Origin: an uncultured Ruminococcus sp. | GTDB lineage: Bacteria; Bacillota; Clostridia; Oscillospirales; Ruminococcaceae | Assembly (NCBI GenBank): GCA_900545285.1 | Contig: UQYK01000003.1 | Coordinates: 2,287-66,286, forward strand | Direction of reading: 5' to 3' | DNA length: 64,000 nt | Part shown: in pieces, positions 1 through 10,111 of the stretch | Position numbering within the stretch: the first letter of the stretch is position 1 | Layout of the letters: every line of letters starts with the position of its first letter | Program-made: the position numbers and the translations under genes | Notes under the pieces: generated by a model | The model's database searches: none | What the model was told of the DNA's origin: nothing | Seen by the model: only the letters and a program-made list of their open reading frames with translations

Positions 1-861
1 TCTATGGTGTTCGTTATGATCACCATGTCCCGTGCTTCCTGCGAGCGTATTGTGGAAATCCTGGAGGAAGAAAGTGATATCATCAGCCCGACAGATGCGG
101 TGCAGACTGTGGCAGATGGCAGCATAGACTTTGACCATGTCAGCTTCAGCTATGGCAAGCGAAAGGACAAGTGCTGCCTGGTAGATGCTGATCTGCACAT
201 TCCGTCTGGTTCTACTGTGGGAATTCTGGGCGGCACTGGCAGCGCGAAAAGCTCCCTGGTACAGCTGATTCCCCGGCTGTATGATGTCACAGAGGGCAGC
301 GTCAAGGTAGGCGGCCTTGATGTCCGCCGATATGACGTAGAAGCACTCCGGGAAAATGTGGCCATGGTGCTGCAAAAAAACGTGCTGTTTTCCGGCACCA
401 TCAAAGAGAATCTGCGATGGGGCAATCCGGATGCCACAGACGAGGAAATGCAGCGAGTGTGCCGCCTGGCGCATGCCGATGAGTTCATTCAGACATTCCC
501 CGAAGGGTATGATACGTACATTGAACAGGGCGGTACAAATGTTTCCGGTGGCCAGAAACAGCGTCTCTGCATTGCACGGGCGCTGCTGAAAAAGCCGAAA
601 ATCCTGATTCTGGATGATTCCACCAGTGCAGTAGATACCCATACGGATGCCTGCATTCGTCAGGCGCTCCGGGATGAGATCCCGAATACCACAAAGCTGA
701 TCATTGCCCAGCGTGTTACCTCGCTCATGGACGCAGATCAGATTATTGTGTTGGATGAGGGGCGGATTGACGGGATTGGTACCCACGCAGAATTGCTGGA
801 GACCAATGCCATCTATCGGGAAGTCTATGAATCGCAGCAGAAAGGAAGTGTTCCGCAATGA
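1..861 (+). CDS. ABC exporter permease/ATP-binding subunit (5'-truncated by window edge), degenerate-site half of a heterodimer
   Basis: Walker A-like GGTGSAKS, signature VSGGQKQR, Walker B ILILDDS (D instead of catalytic E), AQR switch; frame open from base 1. Confidence 0.93.
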   Translation, partial: SMVFVMITMSRASCERIVEILEEESDIISPTDAVQTVADGSIDFDHVSFSYGKRKDKCCLVDADLHIPSGSTVGILGGTGSAKSSLVQLIPRLYDVTEGSVKVGGLDVRRYDVEALRENVAMVLQKNVLFSGTIKENLRWGNPDATDEEMQRVCRLAHADEFIQTFPEGYDTYIEQGGTNVSGGQKQRLCIARALLKKPKILILDDSTSAVDTHTDACIRQALRDEIPNTTKLIIAQRVTSLMDADQIIVLDEGRIDGIGTHAELLETNAIYREVYESQQKGSVPQ

Positions 862-2765
862 GTCAAAAACCACAGGGAGGGCCGCTGCGGGGCGTTATGA
901 TGCCTGGTGCGACAAAGGGCGCCGGAAAAAGCTTTCGGCGGCTGCTTTCTTATATGAAAAAGTATTGGCTTCAGCTGATTCTGGTACTGATCTGCATTCT
1001 GGTGAGTGCTGTGGCCGGCGTGGCTGGTTCCACATTTTTGCAAACCTTAATCGATGATTATATTTCTCCCATGCTGTTAAACGGGAGCCGGGACTTTTCC
1101 GGTCTGGCATCTGCGCTGATCAAACTGGGCGTTTTGTATGCTGCCGGCATCCTGGGGACACTGTTCTATAACCGGCTCATGGTAGTTGTGGCACAGGGCA
1201 TTCTGAAAACCATCCGGGATCAGATGTTCTCCCACATGCAGACACTGCCCATTCGCTTTTTCGACACCCACGCCAGCGGCGACGTGATGAGCCTGTACAC
1301 CAATGATACCGATACGCTCCGGCAGATGCTGGCACAGAGCGTGCCGCAGATCTTTTCTTCGATTGTCACGGTCATTGCAGTGCTTGTGGCGATGGTGCGG
1401 CTGAGCATCTGGCTGACGCTGTTTGTGCTGGCTTTTGTGGCACTGATGATGCTGATTACCAAGTTTGTGGGCGGCAAGAGCGGCGCATTTTTTGTAAAGC
1501 AGCAAAACTCCATCGGTGCTGTCAACGGCTATATCGAAGAGATGATTCATGGCCAAAAGGTAATTAAGGTATTCTGCCATGAGGAGGAGACCAAGGAGGG
1601 CTTTGATAAGCACAACAATGCCTTGTTCCAGAATGCGGCCTGGGCAAACAGCTTTGCTAATATCCTGATGCCGATCATGAACAATCTGGGCTATGTGCAG
1701 TATGTCCTGCTGGCAATGCTGGGTGGTGCACTGGCATTTCACGGCGTTGGCGGCCTGACATTGGGTGCCATTGCGGCCTTTTTGCAGCTGAGCCGAAGCT
1801 TTACCATGCCCATCAGCCAGATTTCTCAGCAGGCCAGTGCAATTGTAATGGCGCTGGCCGGTGCAGGACGTATCTTTGATCTTCTGGACGAAGCGCCGGA
1901 GACAGATGAAGGCTATGTTACACTAGTGGACGCGGAAGAAAAAGACGGCGTACTCACAGAAACGGATCACCGTACTGGCATCTGGGCATGGAAGCATCCC
2001 CATGCAGACGGAACTGTGACCTATACCCGTATGGCCGGAGATGTGCAGTTCTTTGACGTGGACTTCGGCTATGTGCCGGAAAAGATTGTGCTCCATGATG
2101 TGAGCCTGTACGCAAAGCCGGGAGAAAAGGTGGCTTTTGTGGGTGCAACCGGTGCCGGAAAGACTACCATTACCAACCTGATCAACCGTTTTTATGATCT
2201 GGCAGACGGCAAAATCCGCTATGATGGCATCAATATCAACAAGATCAAAAAGCCGGATTTGCGGCGCTCTCTGGGCATTGTGCTACAGGATGTGAACCTG
2301 TTTACCGGAACAGTAATGGACAACATCCGCTACGGCAGACTGGATGCCACGGATGAGGAATGCATTGCGGCTGCGAAGCGTGCCAATGCCCACCACTTTA
2401 TTATGCTGCTGCCGAATGGGTATCAGACGGTTCTCTCCGGGGACGGCTCCGGCCTGTCGCAGGGACAGCGCCAGCTGCTTTCCATTGCAAGAGCAGCAGT
2501 GGCAGATCCGCCGGTTATGATTTTGGACGAAGCCACTTCTTCCATTGATACCCGGACGGAGCGGATTGTTCAGGCCGGAATGGATGCACTGATGCACGGC
2601 AGAACTGTATTTGTCATTGCCCACCGCCTTTCCACAATCCAGAATGCAGATGTGATTATGGTGCTGGATCACGGCAGAATCATTGAGCGCGGCAACCATG
2701 AAAAGCTCATGGCGGAAAAGGGACGCTACTATCTGCTGTATACTGGTATGCAGCAGAATGCGTGA
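858..2765 (+). CDS. ABC exporter permease/ATP-binding subunit, consensus half of a heterodimer
   Basis: 6-TM N-terminus; GATGAGKT, LSQGQRQ, MILDEATS, AHRLST; ATGA overlap with the upstream gene. Confidence 0.93.
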   Translation: MSQKPQGGPLRGVMMPGATKGAGKSFRRLLSYMKKYWLQLILVLICILVSAVAGVAGSTFLQTLIDDYISPMLLNGSRDFSGLASALIKLGVLYAAGILGTLFYNRLMVVVAQGILKTIRDQMFSHMQTLPIRFFDTHASGDVMSLYTNDTDTLRQMLAQSVPQIFSSIVTVIAVLVAMVRLSIWLTLFVLAFVALMMLITKFVGGKSGAFFVKQQNSIGAVNGYIEEMIHGQKVIKVFCHEEETKEGFDKHNNALFQNAAWANSFANILMPIMNNLGYVQYVLLAMLGGALAFHGVGGLTLGAIAAFLQLSRSFTMPISQISQQASAIVMALAGAGRIFDLLDEAPETDEGYVTLVDAEEKDGVLTETDHRTGIWAWKHPHADGTVTYTRMAGDVQFFDVDFGYVPEKIVLHDVSLYAKPGEKVAFVGATGAGKTTITNLINRFYDLADGKIRYDGININKIKKPDLRRSLGIVLQDVNLFTGTVMDNIRYGRLDATDEECIAAAKRANAHHFIMLLPNGYQTVLSGDGSGLSQGQRQLLSIARAAVADPPVMILDEATSSIDTRTERIVQAGMDALMHGRTVFVIAHRLSTIQNADVIMVLDHGRIIERGNHEKLMAEKGRYYLLYTGMQQNA

Positions 2766-2881
2766 GATCGCGTCCATTTTTAAAATGAATGGATGTCAGT
2801 GATCTTGCCGTCTGCGCCCCCTTTTGGGTGGGATGCTTTGAAAAAGAAAAATGAAGCAGTGTGATTGGTGCAAGTTGCTTA

Positions 2882-2910
2882 TTGACAAACCGGGAAAAAT
2901 CGCATATAAT
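2882..2910 (+). promoter_or_regulatory. sigma-A promoter of the cys operon
   Basis: TTGACA (2882-2887), 17 bp, TATAAT (2905-2910). Confidence 0.85.
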
Positions 2911-2974
2911 AAAGAAGAAGCAGCCGGGTTTGCAGAATTGGCATTCGGCTTGCTGTTTTAGAAAAAACAGAACA

Positions 2975-3268
2975 ACGCAGCAGTGAGAGTAGTCTGTCTT
3001 TGTGTCCTGTCCAGAGAGCATCGGGGCGGTGGGACGATGTCAGGACGGTCAGATGAAGTGCAACTGCGACAGAATCTCCCTTGACAAAAGGGGATTCCCG
3101 TTGATATGGGGAACGGCTCCGGCTCAGTATCTGTATCCGTACTGCACCTCGTTACGGTGCCTTTGAGAGCAGGCATTTTTGTTGCCTGAAAATCAGAGTG
3201 GAACCGTGGTAGTATTTCTGCCGCCTCTGTGGATGTCGAAAAAGATATTTGCAGGGGCGGCTTTTTTG
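2975..3268 (+). ncRNA. T-box riboswitch, Cys specifier
   Basis: Stem I motifs (AGTAG, AGAGAG, GGTGGGA); specifier GAAG-TGC-AA with TGC=Cys at 3059-3061; T-box AATCAGAGTGGAACCGTG 3191-3208; terminator GCCGCCTCTGT...GCAGGGGCGGC-TTTTTT ~3220-3268; lies upstream of cysE/cysS. Confidence 0.9.
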
Positions 3269-3421
3269 CGGGAAAACCAAGCTTTTCTCCGTTTCCCAAT
3301 ATAGCCACGGAACAGACCATAGAAAAAACAGAATCTGTATGCATACAGGTTCTGAGGTGTGGTTCTCCCCGAAAAAAGAGGAGAACAGCTTTTTATTGTG
3401 TCGGAGGTGACAATCACAAAG

Positions 3422-4081
3422 ATGCTATTTCGACAGCTTCGAGAAGATATTGCAATTGTAAAGGAAAAGGATCCGGCGGCCCGGAGCAGCTTTGAAATTC
3501 TGCTCACATATTCCGGGCTGAAAGCGGTGCGCAGCTATCGCCGGGCACACTGGTTCTATCAGCATAAGTGGTACACCATTGCCCGGATCATTTCACAGCG
3601 CGCGCGCCATAAAACCGGAATTGAAATCCATCCCGGCGCGCAGATCGGAAAGGGCTTGTTTATTGATCACGGAATGGGTGTTGTAATCGGTGAAACCACA
3701 GTGATCGGTGACAACTGCCTGCTGTATCAGGGTGTTACCCTGGGCGGAACCGGAAAGGATAAGGGTAAGCGGCATCCTACCCTGGGAGATAATGTCATGG
3801 TGGGTGCCGGTGCCAAGGTGCTGGGGCCGATCAATATCGGAAATCATGTAAAGGTTGCGGCAAATGCCGTGGTGCTGAAGGATATTCCGGATAACTGTAC
3901 CGCTGTTGGTGTTCCGGCGCGGATTGCCCGTATGGCAGGCCAGAAGGTGGAGCAGGATCTGGATCAGATTCACATCCCGGATCTGACTATGGAAGACATT
4001 ACAATGCTGAAATCCGCAGTGACCTGTCTGCGGACAGAGATGTCTAAACTGGAAGGGCAAAAAAAGGAGGCAGACGCATGA
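3422..4081 (+). CDS. cysE: serine O-acetyltransferase
   Basis: [40 protein letters not shown] hexapeptide repeats; ATG 3422 after GGAGGTG chosen over GTG 3359. Confidence 0.95.
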   Translation: MLFRQLREDIAIVKEKDPAARSSFEILLTYSGLKAVRSYRRAHWFYQHKWYTIARIISQRARHKTGIEIHPGAQIGKGLFIDHGMGVVIGETTVIGDNCLLYQGVTLGGTGKDKGKRHPTLGDNVMVGAGAKVLGPINIGNHVKVAANAVVLKDIPDNCTAVGVPARIARMAGQKVEQDLDQIHIPDLTMEDITMLKSAVTCLRTEMSKLEGQKKEADA

Positions 4082-4755
4082 TACAATGCGTGGTATTCGA
4101 TATGGACGGCGTGCTGTTTGATTCCGAGGCACTGGTAATTCAGTGCTGGGAGCAGACGGCTCAGGTGCACGGTATCCCGGAAATACGGGAAATCTGTCAC
4201 CAGTGTCTGGGCATCAATGCAGACCTGACCCGGCAGATGTTTCTGGAAAAATACGGCGCAGACTTCCCCTATGATACCTTAAAGCAGGAAATGTCTGCCC
4301 GGTATTGGGAACAGGTGAAGGCCGGGAAGCTGCAATTGAAGCCGGGCGTTCGGGAAATGCTGAAAACACTGCGTCAAAACGGCTGGAAAACAGCCATTGC
4401 TTCCTCTACCAGGACGGCAGTTGTCCGGGAGGAGATGCAGCGGTTCGGATTGGAACAGATGTTTGACCAGATTGTAGGCGGAGATATGGTGCGCCGCAGC
4501 AAGTCGGATCCGGAAATTTACAGGAAAGCCTGTGAGATGCTGCACGTGCCGCCGGCAGAGGCCTATGCGGTAGAGGATTCCTATAACGGCATCCGCAGTG
4601 CACACAGCGCCGGACTGCATCCGGTGATGATTCCGGATCTTCTGCCGTCTACCCCGGAAATGGAACAGCTGACAGAACAAATTTTTCCGTCTATGGAAGA
4701 ATTCCGACAGTTTTTGTTTGTGCCGGAATCCGGAGAAAGCAGAAACGCAGAATAA
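4078..4755 (+). CDS. HAD-family phosphatase (beta-PGM/CbbY-like)
   Basis: [11 protein letters not shown] motif I, ASS motif II, K motif III (KSDP), VEDS..GI..A motif IV. Confidence 0.88.
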   Translation: MIQCVVFDMDGVLFDSEALVIQCWEQTAQVHGIPEIREICHQCLGINADLTRQMFLEKYGADFPYDTLKQEMSARYWEQVKAGKLQLKPGVREMLKTLRQNGWKTAIASSTRTAVVREEMQRFGLEQMFDQIVGGDMVRRSKSDPEIYRKACEMLHVPPAEAYAVEDSYNGIRSAHSAGLHPVMIPDLLPSTPEMEQLTEQIFPSMEEFRQFLFVPESGESRNAE

Positions 4756-4773
4756 AAAAGGAGTGGAATAGTC

Positions 4774-6177
4774 ATGCAGATTTATAACACGCTGACACGA
4801 AAAAAAGAAGAACTGATTCCCATGGAAGCCGGGCATGTAGGAATTTATGCCTGCGGCCCCACGGTGTACAACTATATTCATATCGGAAACGCACGGCCAA
4901 TCTGTGCATTTGATGTCCTGCGCCGCTATTTGAAATACCGGGGCTATACCGTCACCTATGTGCAGAATTTTACGGATGTAGACGACAAGATCATCAAAAA
5001 GGCCAATGAAGAGGGCACGACAGCCGCTGAAATTGCCAAGCGTTATATCGCAGAATACAAGACAGATGCTCACGGCCTGAATGTTATGGACGCGGATGTG
5101 CATCCTACTGTTACCAACTGCATGGAGCTGATTCTGGATCTGGTGAAAAAGCTGGTGGCATCCGGTCACGCATATGCTGCGGAAAACGGAGACGTTTACT
5201 TCCGTACCGCCTCTTTCCCGGAATACGGAAAGCTGTCCGGCCAGCCCATTGAGGAATTGCAGGCAGGCGCCAGAATCGATATCAATGACGGCAAGGAAGC
5301 ACCCCTGGACTTTGCCGTGTGGAAGGCAGCCAAGCCCGGCGAACCCTATTGGGATTCCCCCTGGGGAAAAGGCCGTCCCGGCTGGCACATTGAGTGCTCC
5401 GCAATGTCCTGCCACTATCTGGGAGATACCTTTGATCTGCACTGCGGCGGTCAGGATCTGATCTTTCCTCACCATGAAAACGAAATTGCCCAGAGTGAAG
5501 CCGCTACCGGAAAGCCGTTTGCCCACTACTGGATGCACAATGGCTATATCAACATTGACAACAAGAAGATGTCCAAATCTCTGGGCAACTTCTTCACAGT
5601 ACGGGAAGTGGCCGAGCAGTACGGCTATGAAGTCATTCGCTATATGATGGTGCAGGCACATTACCGCAGTCCCATCAATTACTGCAAGGATCTGCTGGAT
5701 GCCTGCAAGGCCTCTCTGGAACGGCTCTATGTTTGCCGGGATACACTGGATCGCGCCATTGCTGCGGCAAAGCCCGGCAGCATTGCACCGGAGGCAGAGG
5801 AGATCTTCCGGAAGCGGAAGGAACAGTTTGTTACTGCCATGGATGACGACCTCAACACCGCAGACGGCATGACTGCCATCTTTGAACTGGTGCGGGATTT
5901 GAATCGGATGAGTGCAGACGCTTCTACTTCTAAGGAGCAGCTGGAAGCTGGCGCAAAGCTGTTTGACGAGCTGACTGGTGTAATGGGACTGCTGTACAAC
6001 CGGAAGCAGGCAGACGCTATTCCGGCAGAGGTAACGGCACTGGTGGAACAGCGGAAGGCTGCGAGAAAGGCAAAGGATTTTGCAGAGGCTGACCGGCTTC
6101 GGGATGCAATCGTTGCCCTGGGCTATACTGTACGGGAAACCCGGCAGGGAACAGAGATTACCAAAATCGAATCATAA
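4774..6177 (+). CDS. cysS: cysteine--tRNA ligase
   Basis: CGPTVY..HIGN, GRPGWHIECS, FPHHENE, KMSKSLGN. Confidence 0.98.
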   Translation: MQIYNTLTRKKEELIPMEAGHVGIYACGPTVYNYIHIGNARPICAFDVLRRYLKYRGYTVTYVQNFTDVDDKIIKKANEEGTTAAEIAKRYIAEYKTDAHGLNVMDADVHPTVTNCMELILDLVKKLVASGHAYAAENGDVYFRTASFPEYGKLSGQPIEELQAGARIDINDGKEAPLDFAVWKAAKPGEPYWDSPWGKGRPGWHIECSAMSCHYLGDTFDLHCGGQDLIFPHHENEIAQSEAATGKPFAHYWMHNGYINIDNKKMSKSLGNFFTVREVAEQYGYEVIRYMMVQAHYRSPINYCKDLLDACKASLERLYVCRDTLDRAIAAAKPGSIAPEAEEIFRKRKEQFVTAMDDDLNTADGMTAIFELVRDLNRMSADASTSKEQLEAGAKLFDELTGVMGLLYNRKQADAIPAEVTALVEQRKAARKAKDFAEADRLRDAIVALGYTVRETRQGTEITKIES

Positions 6178-6186
6178 AGGAGTATT

Positions 6187-7011
6187 ATGGCGTTTAAGGA
6201 TCATAAAAAAGGGATTACACGGATTTTTCTGGTAATGGTGATTATGTGCATTCTCTGCTTCGGCGTATTTTCATGCACCACTTATCTGAACCAGCAGAGC
6301 AAAACCTATGTGAATATAGGGGATGCCAATCTGGTACAGCTGGATGAACCGGAGGATGATGCGCCTGCTATGCGGATTCAGACCACGGAAGGGAATATTG
6401 TGGCAGAACTCTACCCGGAGCAGGCACCCAAGTACGTGGAACAGTTTACCCAGCTGGCGGAATCCGGCTATTATGACAACACCTATGTATTTTCTGTGGA
6501 GGACGGCGTGTACTTTGAAGCCGGTACCAAAAAGGCAGACGGCGTGGTGGATGCGGATGCGGCAGAGAAATATGAGCATGTGGAACGGGAAACCAGCGCA
6601 GACCTCTGGCCGCTTCGGGGAGCATTCTGCGTGCCGGGCACTTCCAAGGAGGGAAATTTCTGGAATCGCCTTACCGGTCAGATGACCTATTACTGCGGCT
6701 CACGTTTCCTGGTGTGCAACTCGATTACCTTTGACGAAAGTGCTAAGAAGGAGCTGGAGTCCGTTTCTGATGATGCCGAGAAGATCAATGCGGCCTTTTT
6801 GAAGCAGGGCGGCGTGCCGAATTATTCCCAGCAGATGACCGTGTTTGCACAGGCTTACGGTGACGAAAGCTTTGCAACCATTGATGCCATTACCAGGGCG
6901 AAAACAAAGACCGCCTCCGGCGAAGAGGGCTTTACGCCGCCGGAAAATGACATTCAGATTCTGAAAATTGAAATCGGAACCTATCAGGATTTTACATCTG
7001 GAAAAAATTGA
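6187..7011 (+). CDS. membrane-anchored cyclophilin-type PPIase-like protein
   Basis: N-terminal TM; IQTTEGNIVAELYPEQAPK..F..L...GYYD, RGA, TVFAQ cyclophilin scaffold; catalytic positions look diverged. Confidence 0.78.
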   Translation: MAFKDHKKGITRIFLVMVIMCILCFGVFSCTTYLNQQSKTYVNIGDANLVQLDEPEDDAPAMRIQTTEGNIVAELYPEQAPKYVEQFTQLAESGYYDNTYVFSVEDGVYFEAGTKKADGVVDADAAEKYEHVERETSADLWPLRGAFCVPGTSKEGNFWNRLTGQMTYYCGSRFLVCNSITFDESAKKELESVSDDAEKINAAFLKQGGVPNYSQQMTVFAQAYGDESFATIDAITRAKTKTASGEEGFTPPENDIQILKIEIGTYQDFTSGKN

Positions 7012-7115
7012 GTGCATCCATGATAAATTTTATGAAATGCATACAAAGCCTGGACAGGAATAAAAGCGATTTCCGGTAAGGTTGCCAAATAGCCACGAAA
7101 ATTCATGTTTTTTAC

Positions 7116-7144
7116 TTTACAAACTGGGAAAGTTCGTGTATAAT
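7116..7144 (+). promoter_or_regulatory. sigma-A promoter upstream of murA
   Basis: TTTACA, 17 bp, TATAAT (7139-7144). Confidence 0.65.
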
Positions 7145-7420
7145 AATAAAGATAGCATGCAAAATAACACTGGTACAGCACTTTGCTGTACGGCTTTTTG
7201 CGGCTGTTTTTTGGCGTTTCCGGCGATATCAGTCCGGAATGCGCCCTCGTAAAAAAAGTCACGGGACGGCCGGAGCACCGCGCTCTGCCGCCGCAGCATC
7301 CGGAATCCGGCATCTGCGGAAAAATGAAAAGTCCCGGTACGCAGCTGTCCGCGGATTGTTGGTACCTTTCCCGATATCCGGCAGAACGGCCGGCGGCGCA
7401 CAGACAAAGGAGAGACGAAG

Positions 7421-8710
7421 TTGGATAAGTTTGTCATTCACGGCGGCCATCGGCTCGCCGGCGAAATAGAGGTCAGCGGAGCGAAAAATGCTGCGGTCGC
7501 CCTGATACCGGCAATATTGCTCAGCGATGAACCTTGTATTCTGGAAAACGTTCCGGATATCAGTGATGTTTCCATCAGTCTGCGGATTCTCTACGAGATG
7601 GGAGCACAAGTCGAATATTTGAATAAAACAACCGTCCGCATTTCCGCTGCCGGACTCACCAATTACTGCGTACCGTATGAAAGCGCCAGAAAAATGCGCG
7701 CTTCCTATTACTTCCTGGGTGCGCTGCTGGGCCGGTACGGAAAGGCACGCGTTTCCATGCCTGGTGGATGCCCGTTAGGCGATCGCCCGATTGATCAGCA
7801 CCTCAAGGCGTTTTCTGCACTGGGTGCAACATGCAGCATTGATCATGGTATGGTAGATCTGGTGGCAGATCAGCTGATCGGCGGACAGATTTACTTAGAC
7901 GTTGTTTCCGTTGGCGCTACGATGAATGCCATGCTGGCTGCGGTTCGGGCAAAGGGCCTGACCATCATCGAAAATGCTGCAAAGGAACCCCACATTGTAG
8001 ATCTTGCAAACTTCCTGAACTCTATGGGTGCCGATATCATGGGTGCCGGAACGGATGTCATTAAGATTCGCGGCGTAGATCATCTGCATGGTGCAGTGTA
8101 CAGCGTCATTCCGGATCAGATTGAAGCTGGCACATTTATGATTGCTGCGGCTGCTACCCGTGGTGACGTTCTGGTGAAAAATGTGATCCCGAAGCATCTG
8201 GAGCCGATTACAAGCAAGCTCCGGAAAATCGGCGTCAATATCGAAGAGTTTGACGACAGTGTCCGCGTGTGGGTAGACGGCCCGTTGGTGCGCACCAACG
8301 TAAAGACTATGCCGCATCCTGGATTCCCTACCGATATGCAGCCTCAGATTACCACGCTGCTGACGCTGGCAGAAGGAACCAGCATCATTACAGAAGGTGT
8401 CTGGGAACAGCGCTTCCGCTATGTGGATGAGCTGCGGCGCATGGGCGCAGATATCTCTGTAGACGGAAAGGTCGCAGTGGTAGAAGGCACTGGAAAGCTG
8501 ACCGGCGCACCGGTAAAGGCGTGTGACCTTCGTGCAGGTGCTGCTTTGATTATTGCAGGACTGGCGGCTCACGGCATTACAGAAATCGAGGATATTTACC
8601 ACATTGAGCGTGGTTATGCAAACCTGGACGCAAAGCTCCGGGAGATTGGTGCAGATATTCAGAAGGTATCTTTCCCGGCTGCGCAGGCAGAACTGAAAGA
8701 AGCACTGTAA
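7421..8710 (+). CDS. murA: UDP-N-acetylglucosamine 1-carboxyvinyltransferase
   Basis: SGAKNAA, MRASYY, PGGCPLGDRP (active Cys), PHPGFPTDMQ, DLRAGAA; TTG start with AGGAG RBS. Confidence 0.97.
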   Translation: MDKFVIHGGHRLAGEIEVSGAKNAAVALIPAILLSDEPCILENVPDISDVSISLRILYEMGAQVEYLNKTTVRISAAGLTNYCVPYESARKMRASYYFLGALLGRYGKARVSMPGGCPLGDRPIDQHLKAFSALGATCSIDHGMVDLVADQLIGGQIYLDVVSVGATMNAMLAAVRAKGLTIIENAAKEPHIVDLANFLNSMGADIMGAGTDVIKIRGVDHLHGAVYSVIPDQIEAGTFMIAAAATRGDVLVKNVIPKHLEPITSKLRKIGVNIEEFDDSVRVWVDGPLVRTNVKTMPHPGFPTDMQPQITTLLTLAEGTSIITEGVWEQRFRYVDELRRMGADISVDGKVAVVEGTGKLTGAPVKACDLRAGAALIIAGLAAHGITEIEDIYHIERGYANLDAKLREIGADIQKVSFPAAQAELKEAL

Positions 8711-8729
8711 GCAGATTTGCAGAATGAAG

Positions 8730-8758
8730 AAAAGCCGTCAGCCTGGTTGACGGCTTTT
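8730..8758 (+). terminator. intrinsic terminator-like hairpin after murA
   Basis: AAAAGCCGTCAG-CCTGG-TTGACGGCTTTT. Confidence 0.6.
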
Positions 8759-8825
8759 GTTATGGAAAAAACGGCGGCAGGAGACAGGTACTCTCCATCT
8801 GCTGTTTTGGAAAGGGGATTGGAAA

Positions 8826-9620
8826 TTGTCCAAATTTTATTCTCTGTTCAGTTCCAGCAAGGGAAACGCATCCTTCCTTGGAAACCCATCCGGCGGCGTG
8901 CTGGTGGATGCTGGGGTTTCCTGCCGGAAGCTGCTGCGTGCCTTAGAAGCGCATGACATTTCGCCGGAAGCGGTACAAGCTGTGTGCATTACCCATGCCC
9001 ACACCGATCATATTGCCGGGCTGCGGGTGTTTCTGGGGAAATATCCGGTCCCGGTATATGCGACGGCCGATACCATTGCCGCTTTAAAAGGGATTGAAAA
9101 AATGCCCGGAGATGCGGAATTTCGGGAAATCGGCTTTTCCGAAACGGTACATATGGACACGATGGAAGTGACCGCTTTTCCCACCATGCATGATGCGACG
9201 GGAAGCTGCGGCTATCGCTTTACCATGGCAGACGGTCAGACGTGTGCAGTCTGCACCGATCTGGGCTGTGTGACACCAGAGGTGGAGGCAGGCGTGTTTG
9301 GTGCAGATCTGGTGCTGCTGGAGGCAAATTATGACCCGAAAATGCTCCGGTACGGCCCGTATCCGGCGGCGCTTCAGGCGCGGATTCGGGGAGAATACGG
9401 TCACCTTTCCAACGGAGACAGCGCCGGAATGGCAGAGGAACTGATTGCCCACGGCACTACGCGAATCGTGCTGGGACACCTGAGCGAGAAGAACAATACC
9501 ATGCCGCTGGCACAGCAGACAGTGCTGGAACATTTGCAGGAACAGGGAATGCGCCGAAATCAGGACTTTCTGATGCAGGTGGCATCTCCTGAAGGATTGG
9601 AACAGGCGGTGATTTTCTGA
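8826..9620 (+). CDS. yycJ: MBL-fold metallo-hydrolase, YycJ/WalJ-like
   Basis: SSSKGN, VDAG, THAHTDH (HxHxDH), TDLG, LEANYD, GHLSN, GHLSEKNN; next to rlmH as in many Firmicutes; TTG 8826 after GAAAGGGG. Confidence 0.85.
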   Translation: MSKFYSLFSSSKGNASFLGNPSGGVLVDAGVSCRKLLRALEAHDISPEAVQAVCITHAHTDHIAGLRVFLGKYPVPVYATADTIAALKGIEKMPGDAEFREIGFSETVHMDTMEVTAFPTMHDATGSCGYRFTMADGQTCAVCTDLGCVTPEVEAGVFGADLVLLEANYDPKMLRYGPYPAALQARIRGEYGHLSNGDSAGMAEELIAHGTTRIVLGHLSEKNNTMPLAQQTVLEHLQEQGMRRNQDFLMQVASPEGLEQAVIF

Positions 9621-10099
9621 TGCAGACCGTACAAATTCTGGCGCTGGGAAAGTGTAAGGAGGGCTATCTCCGGGAAGCGTGCAGGGAATACGAAAAGCGC
9701 CTGTCCCGGTACTGCCGGTTACAGATTACAGAGCTGGAGCCAGCGGCACTCTCCCAGAATCCTTCGGAAAAGGAGATTGCGGCGGCGCTGGAAAAAGAGG
9801 GCGCAGAGCTGTTGAAACGCGCCAAGGGCTACTGCATTGCCATGTGCATTGAGGGCAAGCAGCTTACCAGCCCTGACCTTGCCGAAAAGCTGGAACAGGC
9901 CGCACAGGGCGGAGACAGCGGCGCCGTGACCTTTTTGATCGGCAGTTCCTATGGTCTGGCACCAGCCGTGAAGCAGCGCGCCCAGCTGCGGCTGTCCATG
10001 TCCGCCATGACATTTCCCCATCAGCTGGCACGAGTGATGCTTCTGGAGCAGATTTACCGGGGTTATCAGATTTTGGCCGGGACAAAGTATCATAAGTAG
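9620..10099 (+). CDS. rlmH: 23S rRNA (pseudouridine1915-N3)-methyltransferase
   Basis: EYEKRL, IGSSYGL, LSMSAMTFPHQLARVMLLEQIYRG..I..G.KYHK. Confidence 0.97.
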   Translation: MQTVQILALGKCKEGYLREACREYEKRLSRYCRLQITELEPAALSQNPSEKEIAAALEKEGAELLKRAKGYCIAMCIEGKQLTSPDLAEKLEQAAQGGDSGAVTFLIGSSYGLAPAVKQRAQLRLSMSAMTFPHQLARVMLLEQIYRGYQILAGTKYHK

Positions 10100-10111
10100 G
10101 AGGGAGCTTTT

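Noticed and set aside
3080..3086. TTGACA inside the cys leader as a second promoter
   Set aside because: Lies in the loop of a T-box hairpin and has no convincing -10 box
10080..10111. rlmH 3' end, the orfX/attB site used by SCC-type islands
   Set aside because: No recombinase, direct repeat or foreign cargo follows; the next gene starts 12 nt later
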